Below are positions 1 to 13,184 of a DNA stretch of 64,000 nt, piece after piece. Each line of letters starts with the position of its first letter. The stretch's first letter is position 1. The position numbers and the translations under genes were made by a program. Origin of the DNA: Podarcis vaucheri (Eukaryota); assembly GCA_965113315.1 (NCBI GenBank), contig OZ220375.1; one strand, 5' to 3'. Below the pieces are notes generated by a model. The model was not told the DNA's origin. It did no database searches and worked only from the letters and a program-made list of their open reading frames with translations.

Positions 1-973
1 ATGCTAAACTATATGTGATGCTAAATGTGTAGAAATGTGTTAAGTACTAGGTGCTGTGCCTTTGCTTGCCAACTCTACCTTACCCCCAATCCTCCTCAAA
101 GCCATTTACCCTTCTCCATACTTCTCGCCAAACCTACCACCTTCCTTTGCCCCTTGCAAAGATAACCCAGCAAGCCCAAGCTTACTGTGACAGCCATCTG
201 ATTTTCTCCACACTCATACCCTTGCATTTCTAACCTCTGCTGTGGTGATTTCCCTAACACCAGCATCCAGGAATATAGCTAGGACTGGCTAGAGGCAGCA
301 GGAGAACATGACAGTGGAATGTATTTGGGAGCAGGTGTGTCTATGTGTGTGGAAAGGAGATTGTTGCTGTGGCCCCAGTGCCTGCTATTTGCACTAGAAA
401 AACCTATAGGGTGAATAGGGTCTCTCTCAGACCATGAAATAGCAGGTGTGGGACTGAAATTGGCCCCTTGCATCTGCAATCTTGCCTTAAAAATCCATTC
501 AAGTAATTGCTATTTTCATGCTTTTGTCTCAACTACTTTGGCTCTTGTATTGAGTGATAGTGCTTTATCACTGAAAACTAGGATAACAGTTATCCCTGAA
601 ATTAGTGTACCGAAGCTGTGGTTGGGTAGCTGAGGGTTGGCCAACTGAACTTGAACCCAAGTTTTGGAAGGTTAGGTTTATCTAAGACTGATGGGATTGT
701 AACTTTCCCTCTGGAAGAGGGTTGTAGTCTGGGAGCTGCTTTTGATCCAGGTTGTTGCAGTGGCCAAGGAAGAAAGAGGGAGCCTGGCCACCCGGGTGAA
801 GGGGGAGGCAGCGCCAACATCAAGCAACCCTGCTCCACAAGGTGTGGATGGGGTGACTAGCACCCCACACCTTGTGGGAGCAGTGCTGAGGCTGCCTTCT
901 GCTGCCTCCGGGCACTGGGAGTGGAGGGAGAGTACTGTTGTGCTCTTTTCCTGATTGTGGGCTTCCCATAGGC

Positions 974-1230
974 CAGGCACGTCCACAGGTAGACCGTGAT
1001 CTACCGGTAGATCACTGGATGTCTGTGGTAGATCACTGGCTCCCCCCAAAGAAGCTCAACAACTTTGGCTCCCTTAAAAACCTCACTATTTTATCCCTGC
1101 ACTCCCCCAAAACGGCGCTCTCCTCTTTTCTAAAAAAAGTGCAACAACTTTGACCTGAATCCCCAAAAAGGGGGTAGATCACTGCCAGTTTGTGAGTAGA
1201 TCGCAGCCTCTTGGGAGTTGGCCACCCCTG
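974..1230. mobile_element. Non-autonomous hAT-type DNA transposon (MITE)
   Basis: 8-bp TSD CCATAGGC at 966-973 and 1231-1238; CAGG...CCTG termini; repeated subterminal GTAGATC motifs. Confidence 0.85.
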
Positions 1231-1712
1231 CCATAGGCCATCTGGTTGGCCAGTGTGAAAAAGGATGTAGAACTACATGGCCTTTGGGTCTGATCTAGCA
1301 GGGTTCTTCATATATTCAAACTGCTGTTCTGGAATTTAATAAATCTCTGTCTGGTCTGTATTAGGCAGCATTTTTTTTACTTCTCTTGAAGAATCAGGTA
1401 CTCAGTTTGGGTGTGTTCCTGGCTCATTACTCGAATTTTCAAATGGTAATAGTGGCCTGGAGCACTTTCCAGCAGCTTTGGCTTGTGTACATTGATAAAA
1501 TGGATCTGCCCACAGTCATTCATCTGCTTGTTACATTCAGATTTGATTATCATAATGTGGTTATGTTTCCTGCCACGAAGTGAACATCTTTACTCTTCAT
1601 GGCTTCCTCTACTGAAACAGCACTTTATCCTCTGTAGCTCTGTATTTTCAATTTTACTTAATAATGACGATTTGTTTTACATACATAACATCCTTGGTCA
1701 CTTTGATTGACT

Positions 1713-2690
1713 CCCCCCCCCCGTTTCCAAATTTCCCCTTTTTATTTTCATTGCATCTAATTATTTATCCACTTAATTTTTACTTTAAATTTCTCATCAT
1801 GCTTCTCACTTTAGTTCATAAATGCTACAACAATCCAGCTAATGTCTCAATGTTCTTGCAATGTTCTTTGAAATAAACTATAAAGTTTTTCCAATCTTGA
1901 CTAAATTTTCTTTCATCTTGGTGCCTGATCTTCATGGTTAATTTTGCCATTTCGGCATAGTACATCATCTTTATCCTCCATTCTTCTTTCGTTGGTAGAC
2001 ACTCATCGTTCCACTTCTGGGCAAGCAGCATTCTGACAGCTGTGGTTGCATACATGAACACTTGCTTTTGCTTCTTTGGTACTTCCTCTCCTAAAATTCC
2101 TAGTAAAAAAACCTCTGGTTTTCTAACAAAAGTTTAAATTTTTTTTCATTTCATTGTATATCATTTCCCAGAAGCTTTTTACCTTTTTACATGTCCACCA
2201 TGTACCACCTTATTCTTTAAATTTCCAACAGATATTAGATGATTTTTTATGCATCTAAGTAAGCTTTACTGGAGTTAAATACCATCTATACATCATTTTC
2301 ATATAGTTTTCTTTTAGCGAACTACATGCCGTAAATTTCTTTCCACAGCTTTCCCCATGTTTCAAGTGGTATGTTATACCTTATATCTTGTGCCCAGTAT
2401 ATTATTACTGCCTTTACCTCTTTGTCTTTCATCTCCCATTCCAACAGGAGCTTGTATATTTTTGATAACAATTTCTAATTATTATCCAATAATTCCTTTT
2501 CGAACTTTGATAATTCCTTCCCAAAGCCCGTCTCTTTATCACTTCTAAATATGTCAATTGGTTAGAAATATTGTAACGAATCTGTTAACATAGATTTTAT
2601 ATCATTATATTCCTTCATCTTTAATTTATAATCTGATTCTGTTAACAGATAATTTATATCTTGACCAATTGCCTTTCATATATTCTCTGT
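1713..2690 (-). mobile_element. Decayed L1-clade LINE, 3' end of ORF2
   Basis: Minus ORF 1825-2061 (FMYATTAVRMLLAQKW...EEW..KMMYYAEMAKLT) plus upstream CWK...WWTCKKVKSFWE motif typical of squamate L1 ORF2 C-terminus; frameshifted; ends approximate. Confidence 0.75.
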
Positions 2691-4518
2691 AACTTTCATG
2701 TTTCCTGTGCACTTTCTTTCTTATCCAGCTAACTAACGTACTGGGTACAGTGAGAAAGCATGGTGTTGCAGTCAAGGCATTAGACCAAGGTTAAATGGAA
2801 CAGTTAATTTAAAGAGAATTTATTTTATTCTCAGATTTTAAAATGAAAACTTAAAACTTTTTTCAAATTTCAGCCTTCAAATTTAACCACTTCCCCTCTT
2901 GCATAGCTGTGAAATACATGGTTGTTTTTAATTTGTTTGCTTCTGCTATCATTAGTGTCCAATGACATTCCATTTAAGAACGGCAAGAAGAGTGCCAACA
3001 TGATCATATGATATATATCATTACAGTGGTTTATTTTAAGCAAGCAATTCCTACCCCTCACCCCCATCTAACCTGAATGTCTTGTGAAATTAAGTGCACG
3101 TTTAGTTTTATTCTTCTATATCAAACTGATACAAACTTTTGTAATATTTGTTGGCGGGAGTCCAGAAAGTATACCCTCTGACTTCCAAACATTTTTGTAT
3201 CTGATTTAGGACATATTTTTAATTGCATAATAAACAACACTGCAGGAGACAGCATACAAAGTAGCAAAAAACTAGGGCTTGAGGATGCTGTTAATTAGAA
3301 GGTGTAATTCTGTATCTGTTGCTGGGCTTTCACTTATGTTTGCAAACAATGGATTGATACTCTGCTTACACATCTGAAAAACTAATGCATAGAAAACATG
3401 TTGGGGGTAAGCTAGAACTTGTGTGAAACACAATGCCATATCATGCAAAATAATACCATATCATGTAAAATTGGTGGTATTTTTATTTATTGTGAAAACA
3501 TGCACACTTCATTCCCAAAGCTACCAGGGAAGCTTAGAGTTAGAATTTTCTGTTTCTGCAAAATAATATGTTGTTGCTGATCACTTAAGTCACAATTATT
3601 AGCTACTTTAAAAATATGATGTTTTTCTTCTTCCCACTACCTGAGGTTTCAAATTGCAAAATTGCTTGCTATCATAGTCATAAGCTAAATAATGTCTCAC
3701 TTTGGATTTACTTGAAATCGGGAATCCCCCATCACCTCTAGCATAGCTTATAGAATCTATGCTGTAGATGGATAACTGGTAGATCTTGGTCCCTCGTTGA
3801 GTCTTCTTGGGATTGGGAGAATGTGGCACTGCTTCTTACCTCCCATGTGTTATGAATAAGACTGACCCAAAGGCTTCTGCAGCATCACAGCTGTTGGTGG
3901 AATTATCTCTCATTTCTGAATGAGCCAGCTGCATTCTTCACCATGGGAGGATGAATACTATGTAGAAAAAACTACTGGGAGTAGTGGTGGGGAAATGCTA
4001 AGACCTTATGGCTGGAGGAGCTTCAGCTCTAGAACACTAAAGGAAGCCTGATCCCACCATCTACTAAACTAAAGAACCTGGCCTTTCATACTTTTAGGGT
4101 GTGGGGGGGGGGGTTGTGTGTGTGTACAGCCTATTATGTCAGGTGTGAGGCAGGTGAGTGTGCTTTGGGGAAAACTACTTCATGGGCTAAATGGGGAGAG
4201 CTGGTGGGCCAAATTTGGTCCACAGACCAGAAGTTTCCTATCCTGGATCTTAAGGGTGCCAGTAGCAACATAGGGTGATAATGATATTTGCAGAGATCTG
4301 GTTGTTTGGTATGGATTTAGGTAGTCACAATTTTGGAGTAAGATGGATGATGAGCATGTATTGCAAAGGAGGCAGGAGCTACAGAGGAAGGCTTGCTTTT
4401 TAAACTTTACTGGCATTCTGCAATAATCTACTCTTCCTTTTCAAATCACACCAAAACTTTATTGCTATGGTCAATAACCAGGACTACTATTCATTTTCTA
4501 GATAACCTTTGTGACAAG

Positions 4519-4591
4519 ATGGCTGACCAGCACCAGGATTTCAATATGACAGATGACCATTTGGTGAGCCAAGCTAGATGGAACCAGACAG
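4519..4591 (+). CDS. MAPT: Tau first coding exon (exon 1), short form; alternative in-frame donor extends it to 4720
   Basis: Acceptor ttttctag ends 4501; ATG at 4519; MADQHQDFNMTDDH resembles tau N-terminus; donors ACAG|gtgagc (4591) and AAAG|gttagt (4720), both phase 1. Confidence 0.88.
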
Positions 4592-4840
4592 GTGAGCCCG
4601 ATCGGGTGGGAGACAGGAAGGAGCTTCTTCCACAGGATGGAATCCAGGATGTTGGTTCACAGTTTGGAGAAAGGCTGTATGTGGGGATGGAGCCTGGAAG
4701 TATAAATGGGTTAAGGAAAGGTTAGTCATGAATCCTAGTCAAAACTACTATTGTGCATGTTATTGCCACTTGCTGCCAGCTTTACTGCTTAAATGTCAGT
4801 TTCCTAACAAGGAACTTAAATAATTGCTGTTTAAGATGGT

Positions 4841-5250
4841 TTTATTTATTTATTTAGTAAATATCCATACCACCCTTCATCCAAGGATTACAGGTTTATA
4901 ATACAAAAGCAAAAGAATACATAAAATAGTAACAAAACAAACAAAAAAACAATAACCACCCCACAGTGTTTAAAACACCATATAATGTTTAATTAGTCAA
5001 AGGCCTGAGAGGAGAGGAATGTTTTTGTCCGGCACCTAAAGGTTTGTAACGAAGACGCCAGATGAGCCTTCCTGGGGAGAGCATTCCACAAATGGGGAGT
5101 CACCACAGAAAAGGCCCACTCTCATGTTGCCACCCTCAAGACCTCTTGTGGAGAAGGTACATGAAGAAGGGCCTCAGATGATGATTGCAGGGTCTGGGTT
5201 GGTTCATATGAGGAGAGGCAGTCTTTGAAGTATTGTGGTCCAGAACCAAA
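4841..5250 (-). mobile_element. L2 LINE 3' fragment
   Basis: (TTTA)n tail then sequence of the same type as other L2 3' ends here (gagagcattccaca, gccaccacagaaaaggcc); ends approximate. Confidence 0.6.
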
Positions 5251-8200
5251 GCGGTGCCACCCACCCCTAACTCAGACAGCTGCTCCAGAAGGATACCATG
5301 GTATTGAAATCCACTGGGAGGTTGAGGAAAATTAACAAGGACACATTTTCCCCATCTCTCTCCAACATAGATAATTGCACAGGGTGATCAAAGCATTTTC
5401 TGTGCCACAACCGGGCCTAAACCTGGTTAGTGAACTGAGTTAAACTACAGTTGTCTGTTTTGGGTGTAACAGGGAACTGTAGAGTAAGCTGAACTTAAAC
5501 AAACCCAATGCAGATTATTTGTTGGTTGAAAAGGGGGACAATAACGTATTTGTTATTATTTGATTGCAGTGTTCCCATTTTCAAAGCTTCTACAAAGTGA
5601 TTGTGTTGTCTTTACAGTAAGAGGCAAATCTTAAATTAAGAAATAGATTCACAGAGTATTTATGAAATGTTACAGTAAAGGAAAGATATTTACAAATTAA
5701 CAGCTTTTTCTCCAAGCATCCTTGTCCCTTGAATATTATGTTAAACTCTGGTCTGGGCTACGTGTGACATGTCTCTGTGTAACGTAATGTATATCTCTGT
5801 GCATGTATGTATTTGTGTGTATTTCAGAATTTGGAAAACTGTTTCTCATAGACTTCACTTACTATGTGAAGCGATATATTCTACAGTTACAAAACACCAG
5901 ATTTTCTCTGTGGACTTTTAAAAAAACCAATGTAGTTGTCATTTTTCTGAAACCTTGAAGAATAGTTCTAGCATCCCCTCCCTAGATATCAGGGGTTACC
6001 TCTTCTTAGTGTGCATTCAGGTGTTGCATTGTTTTCTTCAGTGTTCTCTGTGATACTGGTTGTTGAAAGCTTCAAGGAGTATCAGTGCCAGTACTCATCA
6101 CTGAACAAAGTTGATCAAGCCACCGTCCCATAGCACATCAAAAGTGGTATTGTGCATGCTTGGAAGTAAGCTTAACTCAGATTAGTGGGAGCATCCAAGT
6201 ACATTTCATACTGGATGGATAACAGAGTACAATCTTAAACTAACCAGTTTGTGTACCCAGAAGCAAGGATCAAATTGGCATCAAGTGCCAGAGATATCTA
6301 TAAACATAGTAGTATAAGAATTGAGGTTCAGTATTCTGTCAGTTGCCAGCCAGATGCTCCAAGGAATTCCAAAAGCAAAACTTTAAGGTAGTATTTATTT
6401 AATAGGTATAATGTAATCTGCTTGTGGAAATCATTTCCCCATAACCACCTGTTTTCAGTACCATTTCACTGTAGCATTGTCTATGGCACATGTGCAACTG
6501 CCGTACACTGACAGACCACTGGTCTAACTAGCCCAGCATTGTCTACTGCAGCTCTCTGTGGTCCCAAGGGACCATTTACATACACAGCATATGCTGCACC
6601 CCACTAAACTATGAGTCCTCCCATTAACCCAGGACCCACACATACAAGTGAGATCTGCTGGGGTGAAGTTGTCCGGAATGGCTAATTCCTTTTAATTGCT
6701 GTGGAAGTTCTAGAACAGGGTTGAGTTTCCCCAATTAGGCTGCCAGGCTGTTTTCCCAAACTATGTCCACCTGCCCCATACCTGATGTCATATGTGATGT
6801 CAGGTGTGCAGCAGGCAAAGATGTGGCCACAGAAATCAAGATTGAACTACGTGTGCATCTTGCTTGATTTGTGTGCACCAGCTTGGGATCCACCTCAGTG
6901 GTTTATTTTTCATCTTTGCTTTTAGATGTTGCCAGGCTTTAATCATTTCCCCAGGAGATGATTAGTTATTATCAATAGCATTTCTTAGAGTGGTGAATGG
7001 CACTATTTAGTGGGAAGAAACTCCAATGAAAATCCTCATTATTACATATTTTTACATGGCTGGTTTTTTGTTTATATTTTAAAATTTTATACATGGATGT
7101 TTTATGATGGCCTATATTTGTAATGCCTAATAAAGGTTTGGCGAAGTAAGTAGATTAGTTATTAATTCCCTATCCTTGTGATCATTTGGAGATAATTTCT
7201 TGGAGTATCATCTGTGCAACAAGTTGAAACATCAAGAGTGTTCATGGAGGCATTCTGAGTTGCAGATTATAGAATTCCTTTTTCCTATTTGAGCTTGATC
7301 CCTGCTGCCTTCTATAGTGCTTATCTCCTCCTCAAGCAAGCCATGTTAAATGCAAAGAGAGTCTGAGAAGTCCACCCCCCCTTTCTCACTAATTCTTGCA
7401 CCCACACATACTCTCCTTCTCTCTCACACACAATCCCTCCCAGTGTCAACTCTGGTGAAGAACATGGGATAATTGCAGCCTTTTAATCTTGGACAAAAAC
7501 CTGTAACTTATCAAACTGCATCTCCCCCCTCTCAGCTGAGTTTGTGACAGTAACAATTATCTATGGATTGCTAGACCTCTGAGGGCAGCCACCATTTTCC
7601 TCAGATGGCCTCAACTCTTTGTAATAAGACAGTGCTCTAGTGTCTGGAGCTTAGCTCACACAGTCAGTCCAAAGACCTATGGTTCTCATAACAGTGCAAA
7701 ACTTAAGAAGCAATGTTCTTTGTATAATGGAAAGTCCTTGAAACATTGTGGTGATAGCTAAGGAGTGAGTTTGCCACTCGGGATGAGACAGACCTAATGA
7801 CACGATCCAGGATATGAGGAGGAACAAGGCATAAGGAGTATAACAGTGGATTTCCTGGTGAAAACATACAGAGAAATGATTGGACACAGTATTAAACATA
7901 TCTGGGAGGCTTTGCTCAGCCTTGATTTTTATATTCATGGCAGGATCTTTCCAGACTGATTTGTTATGGGACATGGCAGCAAAAGTCTGATGACTATTCT
8001 GTCCTTTACCCCCTATGAAATCAGTAATAATACCACAGGAAAGTTCTTTTCTGTGAGAGTTAGTTACAGCACCTGCTAGAAAATGTTTACTGTGGGGTAC
8101 TGTGGGATTATTTGCTGCTGAAGACTAGTGTGAGGAGCAGCAGAAGAGAGCTGTAGAAATTAGTTTATAGCTAGCTCAAGCCAGTTTTAGAGTTGCTTAA

Positions 8201-10503
8201 ATGAGCCTCTTCAAAAACAGTGTGCACTGTTGTATCCTCAGTGCCAAGCTTTTTCGTAAAAAAAAAAAAAAAGAGCACCCAGCAGAGAAATACAGCTGAG
8301 ATCCCAATTGTGGGGATGTTCCTGTTGATGCCTAGGAAGAATAACAACCTGCATTGTCTCTACTAACAACAGAAATAATAAGACGCAATAAAAATAGCAA
8401 AGATACCTAGCCAGCAAATAAAACTTTTAACAGCAGTAGCAGTAAAATATATAACATGAGCAGAAGGATTACATACCAATTATGGCAAGACCAAGCTATA
8501 CAGTACCCCCTCAAAAGCCATAAAGTCTTCCTAAGCATGAATTTTTAATTCCGTGGTGGAAGGCCAGCAAGCAGGAAACAAAAATAACTTTCTTAGCTGG
8601 GGTGTTCCAAAGTCTGGGCCTGACACAAGAAAAAGCCCACTGACTCCTTCAAACCAAATGTCTGTTTGAAAGCAAGGAAAGGTCTCTGTAGAGGACCTTT
8701 GTGTGTAGTCAGGCTCATACAGAAGGAAGTTACCCTTCACATATCCACTGTGCCCTTATGTAGTTACCTTTTTAATCTCCGAAAGAGCAGTAGATAGATA
8801 TGACAGATATGTCATAATTAGTACATTTATCTGTCCTCTTCAATAGAACTCAAGATGGTGTTGCCAGGGAGGCTCCCACACAGGCACTGACTAGACATAG
8901 AGTTGATCAGTTGCTGCATGAGGTGCCTTCAGGCTGTGATGTCTCCATAGCATCAGGACTATTAACCTCACAGTTAATCAGAGCTCAGGCTGCATTTTGG
9001 CTTAACTTCAGAACTACCTTGTTGTTTTCAATCCACTTCATTTTGAAACATCAAATCCTTGACCTTTTCACTTGGAGAAATATGCAGTATGTGGGAGCTT
9101 TCCTTCTGTTCCATACAGAAACTTCTTAATGATCTCCCTTAATGGAACTATTTGGTTGTCAGTGCAAATAGGAGGAGAAAGTAAGGGTATTCTTGCAGTC
9201 CTTTCTCCTTCCACCATTTGGACATATAAATAAAGTACCCATTGACTTCCTCTTCAGCTGACTTTGCCTCCATGTATAGGCTCTGGGCATTACCTCCCAA
9301 ACCACATGCACCACTACAAATATTTCCATGCTGTTGTGATGCACGTCACCAATTTATTGTGATTGTCCAGAGCCACTTGGAAAGCACTTAGCTGCAGGTA
9401 AGCAACTTCCATTTTCTCTCTGTGCAGTTTTGGTTCTCTTGGACTTAGAATTATGGGGTGGGGTCTAGCGTAACTTTTGTTGTAACCGCAGCCTGCCTTT
9501 GTCTACTTCCTGGCTCATGATTCTTGTCCATTTACAACATTCAGTCATTAGGGCTACCTCCTGATACAGGGGAGAAAATCAAGTCATCTTTATATCGTAC
9601 AGGTATAAAGGAATTGATAAAAGTTCTGAAAAGTCTGTTATGTCAGCAGAGAGAATAAAAAAATGAGCTCCACAGTAACACTTTCTCAAATTCTTCTCAG
9701 TAGACACTCTGCATGTTGCCCAAGCCCACATATCTAAGAACACCCCACATTCTTCCCCTCTTCAGCCAGTAACATCTTTAGGGAGACTAAAGAGGCTCAG
9801 ATCCTGAAGAAAACAGAGAATTATGTCTCCAAACGCTGCCACAATTCAAGCTCATTTTTGTCACTAAGTCCTTTATGCATAAGTTGTAGGAGGTTGTGGA
9901 TTCCTGCTCTTCTGGACGCCCTATTACAAAAAGTAGATATCTTCCTCTTGATTCTAAAAAGTGGGAATTGGCAAATTCCTGACAACAGTGACCAACTGTG
10001 GTGATGAATGACTTATTTACCTTTACAGAATAAATTGCTCTGAACATTTTTTGTTTGCTTTCTTATATAAAGAACCCCTTATTACTGTCATGCTCTAGTA
10101 TTTGGAAGTGCACTTTCATGCAAAGCAAGGCGTGGCCCACAAAATTCTTTAAATGGTAGTAGTAATGATCTGAACCTAGCAGTAAAAGGAAAAAAAAAAT
10201 CTGTCATCTTTGGACTTCTTGATTTTTTGCTTTCGTTTTTGTTGTCAGTTGATGCACCTCACTGATCAGTTGCTTTTAACAGTTTCACCTTAGTTGCTTT
10301 GATGCTGCCACTGAAACTTGAGTTTGGCGTTTTCTAGTTCTGCCTTTTCCTGCTAATGCCTGATCTTTCTGCTAGCTGATGGTCACATATGCATGCACAC
10401 ACTTTGCATTATGAAGATGAATTCAAGCACATTTTGCACCAAGGACAGGCCATACTCCAAAGCTGATCTCCTTTTGCTGAGTGCTGAATGTGTGTATTTC
10501 CAG

Positions 10504-10590
10504 GCTCTCCCCTCCAGATACCAGTTGATGATGGATCTGATGAACCAGAGTCTGAGGCTTCTGATGCTAAGAGTACCCCAACTGTGGAAG
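10504..10590 (+). CDS. MAPT: Tau exon 2 (N1 insert)
   Basis: 87 nt, phase 1/1; (G)SPLQIPVDDGSDEPESEASDAKSTPTVE; ttccag acceptor, G|gtggga donor. Confidence 0.96.
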
Positions 10591-13097
10591 GTGGGAACTC
10601 TTTGTCTCGTTACTTTGAAATTCACAGCAGTCAGCACTTTATTTTTTAGAAGTGCACCAATATGTTTCCCTCCTAAATAAGCAGAGACTTTCTTTCATTT
10701 TAAATTATCTGTATTTAGTTTTGACAGTTGCTGACACAAGAATCACTATACACAGGATAAACTGCATTCCTACTTCCTCAAATCCAGCATGTCTACACTC
10801 AGCCAAATAATATATTCAAGGTCCTTGATAGGGTGTTAGATTTTGACATTCTTTTAACAATTATTATTCAGTAAGAAATTAAATAGAAAAACTTTGCCAG
10901 CAGGAAGGCCCTTTCCAGCCCACTGAAGAAAATTCAGACTGTAGCCACTTTCTCTTAAGGTTCTATCTATACTACTGGTTTACTTGATTTCACGAACTCT
11001 GGTCTTCCTACAGCATCTACACTGTAAATTTCTAAGCATAATAGGGATATGCAAGCTTAACTAGACTGCTGTCTTACATACTGCAAATAAACTGATGATG
11101 TGCTAGTCATTTATGAGCTGAAAGAAATATTGTTCATTAATAAATTATAATCTATAAATCATTCTTGCACCCCACAGGTGAGTGGATGGGTAGTTTAAAA
11201 CCTACTTGCATGGTTAAAAGTTGAATATACTGTTTGAAGTGGGATAAATTTCCACACTATAATTTAAAAGTTAGTCTTGTGGCAGAATCCCAATTTCTCT
11301 CTCTCTAATTGTGCCACATTTGCCTGTTAAGCCCTTTATCTTATCGAAATACTTGCAAAAGTGCACCCTTGAGTGAAGTTATTGTTCTCTCTTCTGTTCC
11401 TCGTTTAAACTGAGCACATTTGTAGCATAAGATTGTCCTGAATCCAGTGCAATGGGAAAGTCTTAGGTGAGGATGGCCGAGTTACTCAACCTGATTTGGG
11501 AGTAGGCAAAATGTAGGTGACAAAAGTTGATAGAGGGGGAAAGCCACGAAAATAATGTGAGTCAACTCTTGGGCAGAATGACTCAAGGTAACCTGTAGTG
11601 TATGCATGTCCTTATTGGTATATTTAAAGCTACATTTCAAAAATATTGAAATGAAACTTGGTGGCGTTTTTTGTGGGAGAGAGGGAGAATTAAATTACTT
11701 TTCTCTTTTGGGCTGGAAATGCTCTTGAAGATTCAGATATCAAATGTGTTCTACACTTATAACTACTTGTTCCATTAGATACTATTTTTTGGTAACACTG
11801 TAATCTGTGAAACCTGGCAAGTAGAATCTTTTAGATTGGGCATCTTGAAGAATCATTAAATCCATAAGGTAAGCAATTTTCTAAATGTTCTTTCGGTAAC
11901 AACCAAATGCACACAATTTTGGCAACAAATATCAAAAGATTGAACAATACACAAAACTGAAGCAAATTTATTTGCAACCATATCCTTAGAACATCATCAA
12001 ACAGAAATATTTTGAAGGATATCAGACATTTTGAGCTCGTGGCATCAGTAGCGTTAGGGAAATCAACAAAAAAGGGAAAATATCTTATAAAAATTATTCA
12101 CTCTGAAGATCTTTAGCTGAAGAAGGACAATGGATCTATGTGCCAGTCCTTTGAAAAGGGCCAAAATAGCTAACATAATAATAGTTTATCACTTGTTTCT
12201 CTGGGCTCCTTTGGGAGCAAGGGCAGGATATAAATTTAATAAGTAAGCCAGTCAAGTCAACTTTGCTGTCCCTAGATCTCTTTTCTCAGAAAAAATGGAG
12301 GTAAAAGTAAAAAATAAATAAATCTCCCATTGTACTCCCATTGTCTGTCTCATTGTCTGTCCTGTCTATGTTCTGTCTCTTGCTTTGCTTGAGTGAAAAA
12401 CGTGGGTTAAGGAGTTGGTAGTGGAGCATAAATTGTATACTCTGTAACTTGCCATGAGTGGTAAGTCAAGGCCTTTAACACCACTGACCTACCCAAGAAA
12501 ACAGACACTGCACATGCTTGGGAAGTTTCTGGTGTCATGTTTCTGACACCAGGCTTAGTGGTGAACCCTCTGTTCTTTGTATGGCCACTTTCCTATTCTG
12601 ATCACCCATAAACACAAACCTATGCCACATGTGCCAGGGCTCAGTTTAGGTATCCCCTTTATCTGGAAGAAGCAAAAATGAGTCCATGAAAGTCTGCCTC
12701 CTACAAACCTCTGGATGACTCCATGAGCTGACAAGTAAACATGGGGGTGAGGAGAACTACACATTTTAACTTCAGGGAGGTGGAATGAATTGAACAAGGG
12801 TTTTGGATGTGAGCTTCAGGTTCAAATTCCTTTTCAAGCTTGCAGTTTGTGTGGCTTTGAGCAATAATTAGTATGCAGATTTATATCCCAAACCTTTTAG
12901 GTTTAATTGGCTCTTGTTTCTGGATGCAAACCCCATCCTCATCTCATCTGAAGAAAGCATGGTACATGACTGCCTTTGAGTTGCCGTCTTTTACAGCAGG
13001 CTATTACTCCATTTTCTTAAAGTAGCTAATATCTGAAGAATTTTCTTTTTCAGTGCTTTTAAAGTGACAGTTGCTTCATTTTGCCTTTTTGTTTCAG

Positions 13098-13184
13098 ATG
13101 CTACTGCTCCATTAGTGGAGGAGAGAGTGCATGAGAATCGAAATGCGACTCGCCAGCATGCAGAGATACCTGAAGGAAATACAG
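13098..13184 (+). CDS. MAPT: Tau exon 3 (N2 insert)
   Basis: 87 nt; (D)ATAPLVEERVHENRNATRQHAEIPEGNT; tttcag / gtgagg. Confidence 0.95.

Noticed and set aside
7651-7974. 107-aa minus-strand ORF in intron 1
   Set aside because: No recognisable domain or exon structure
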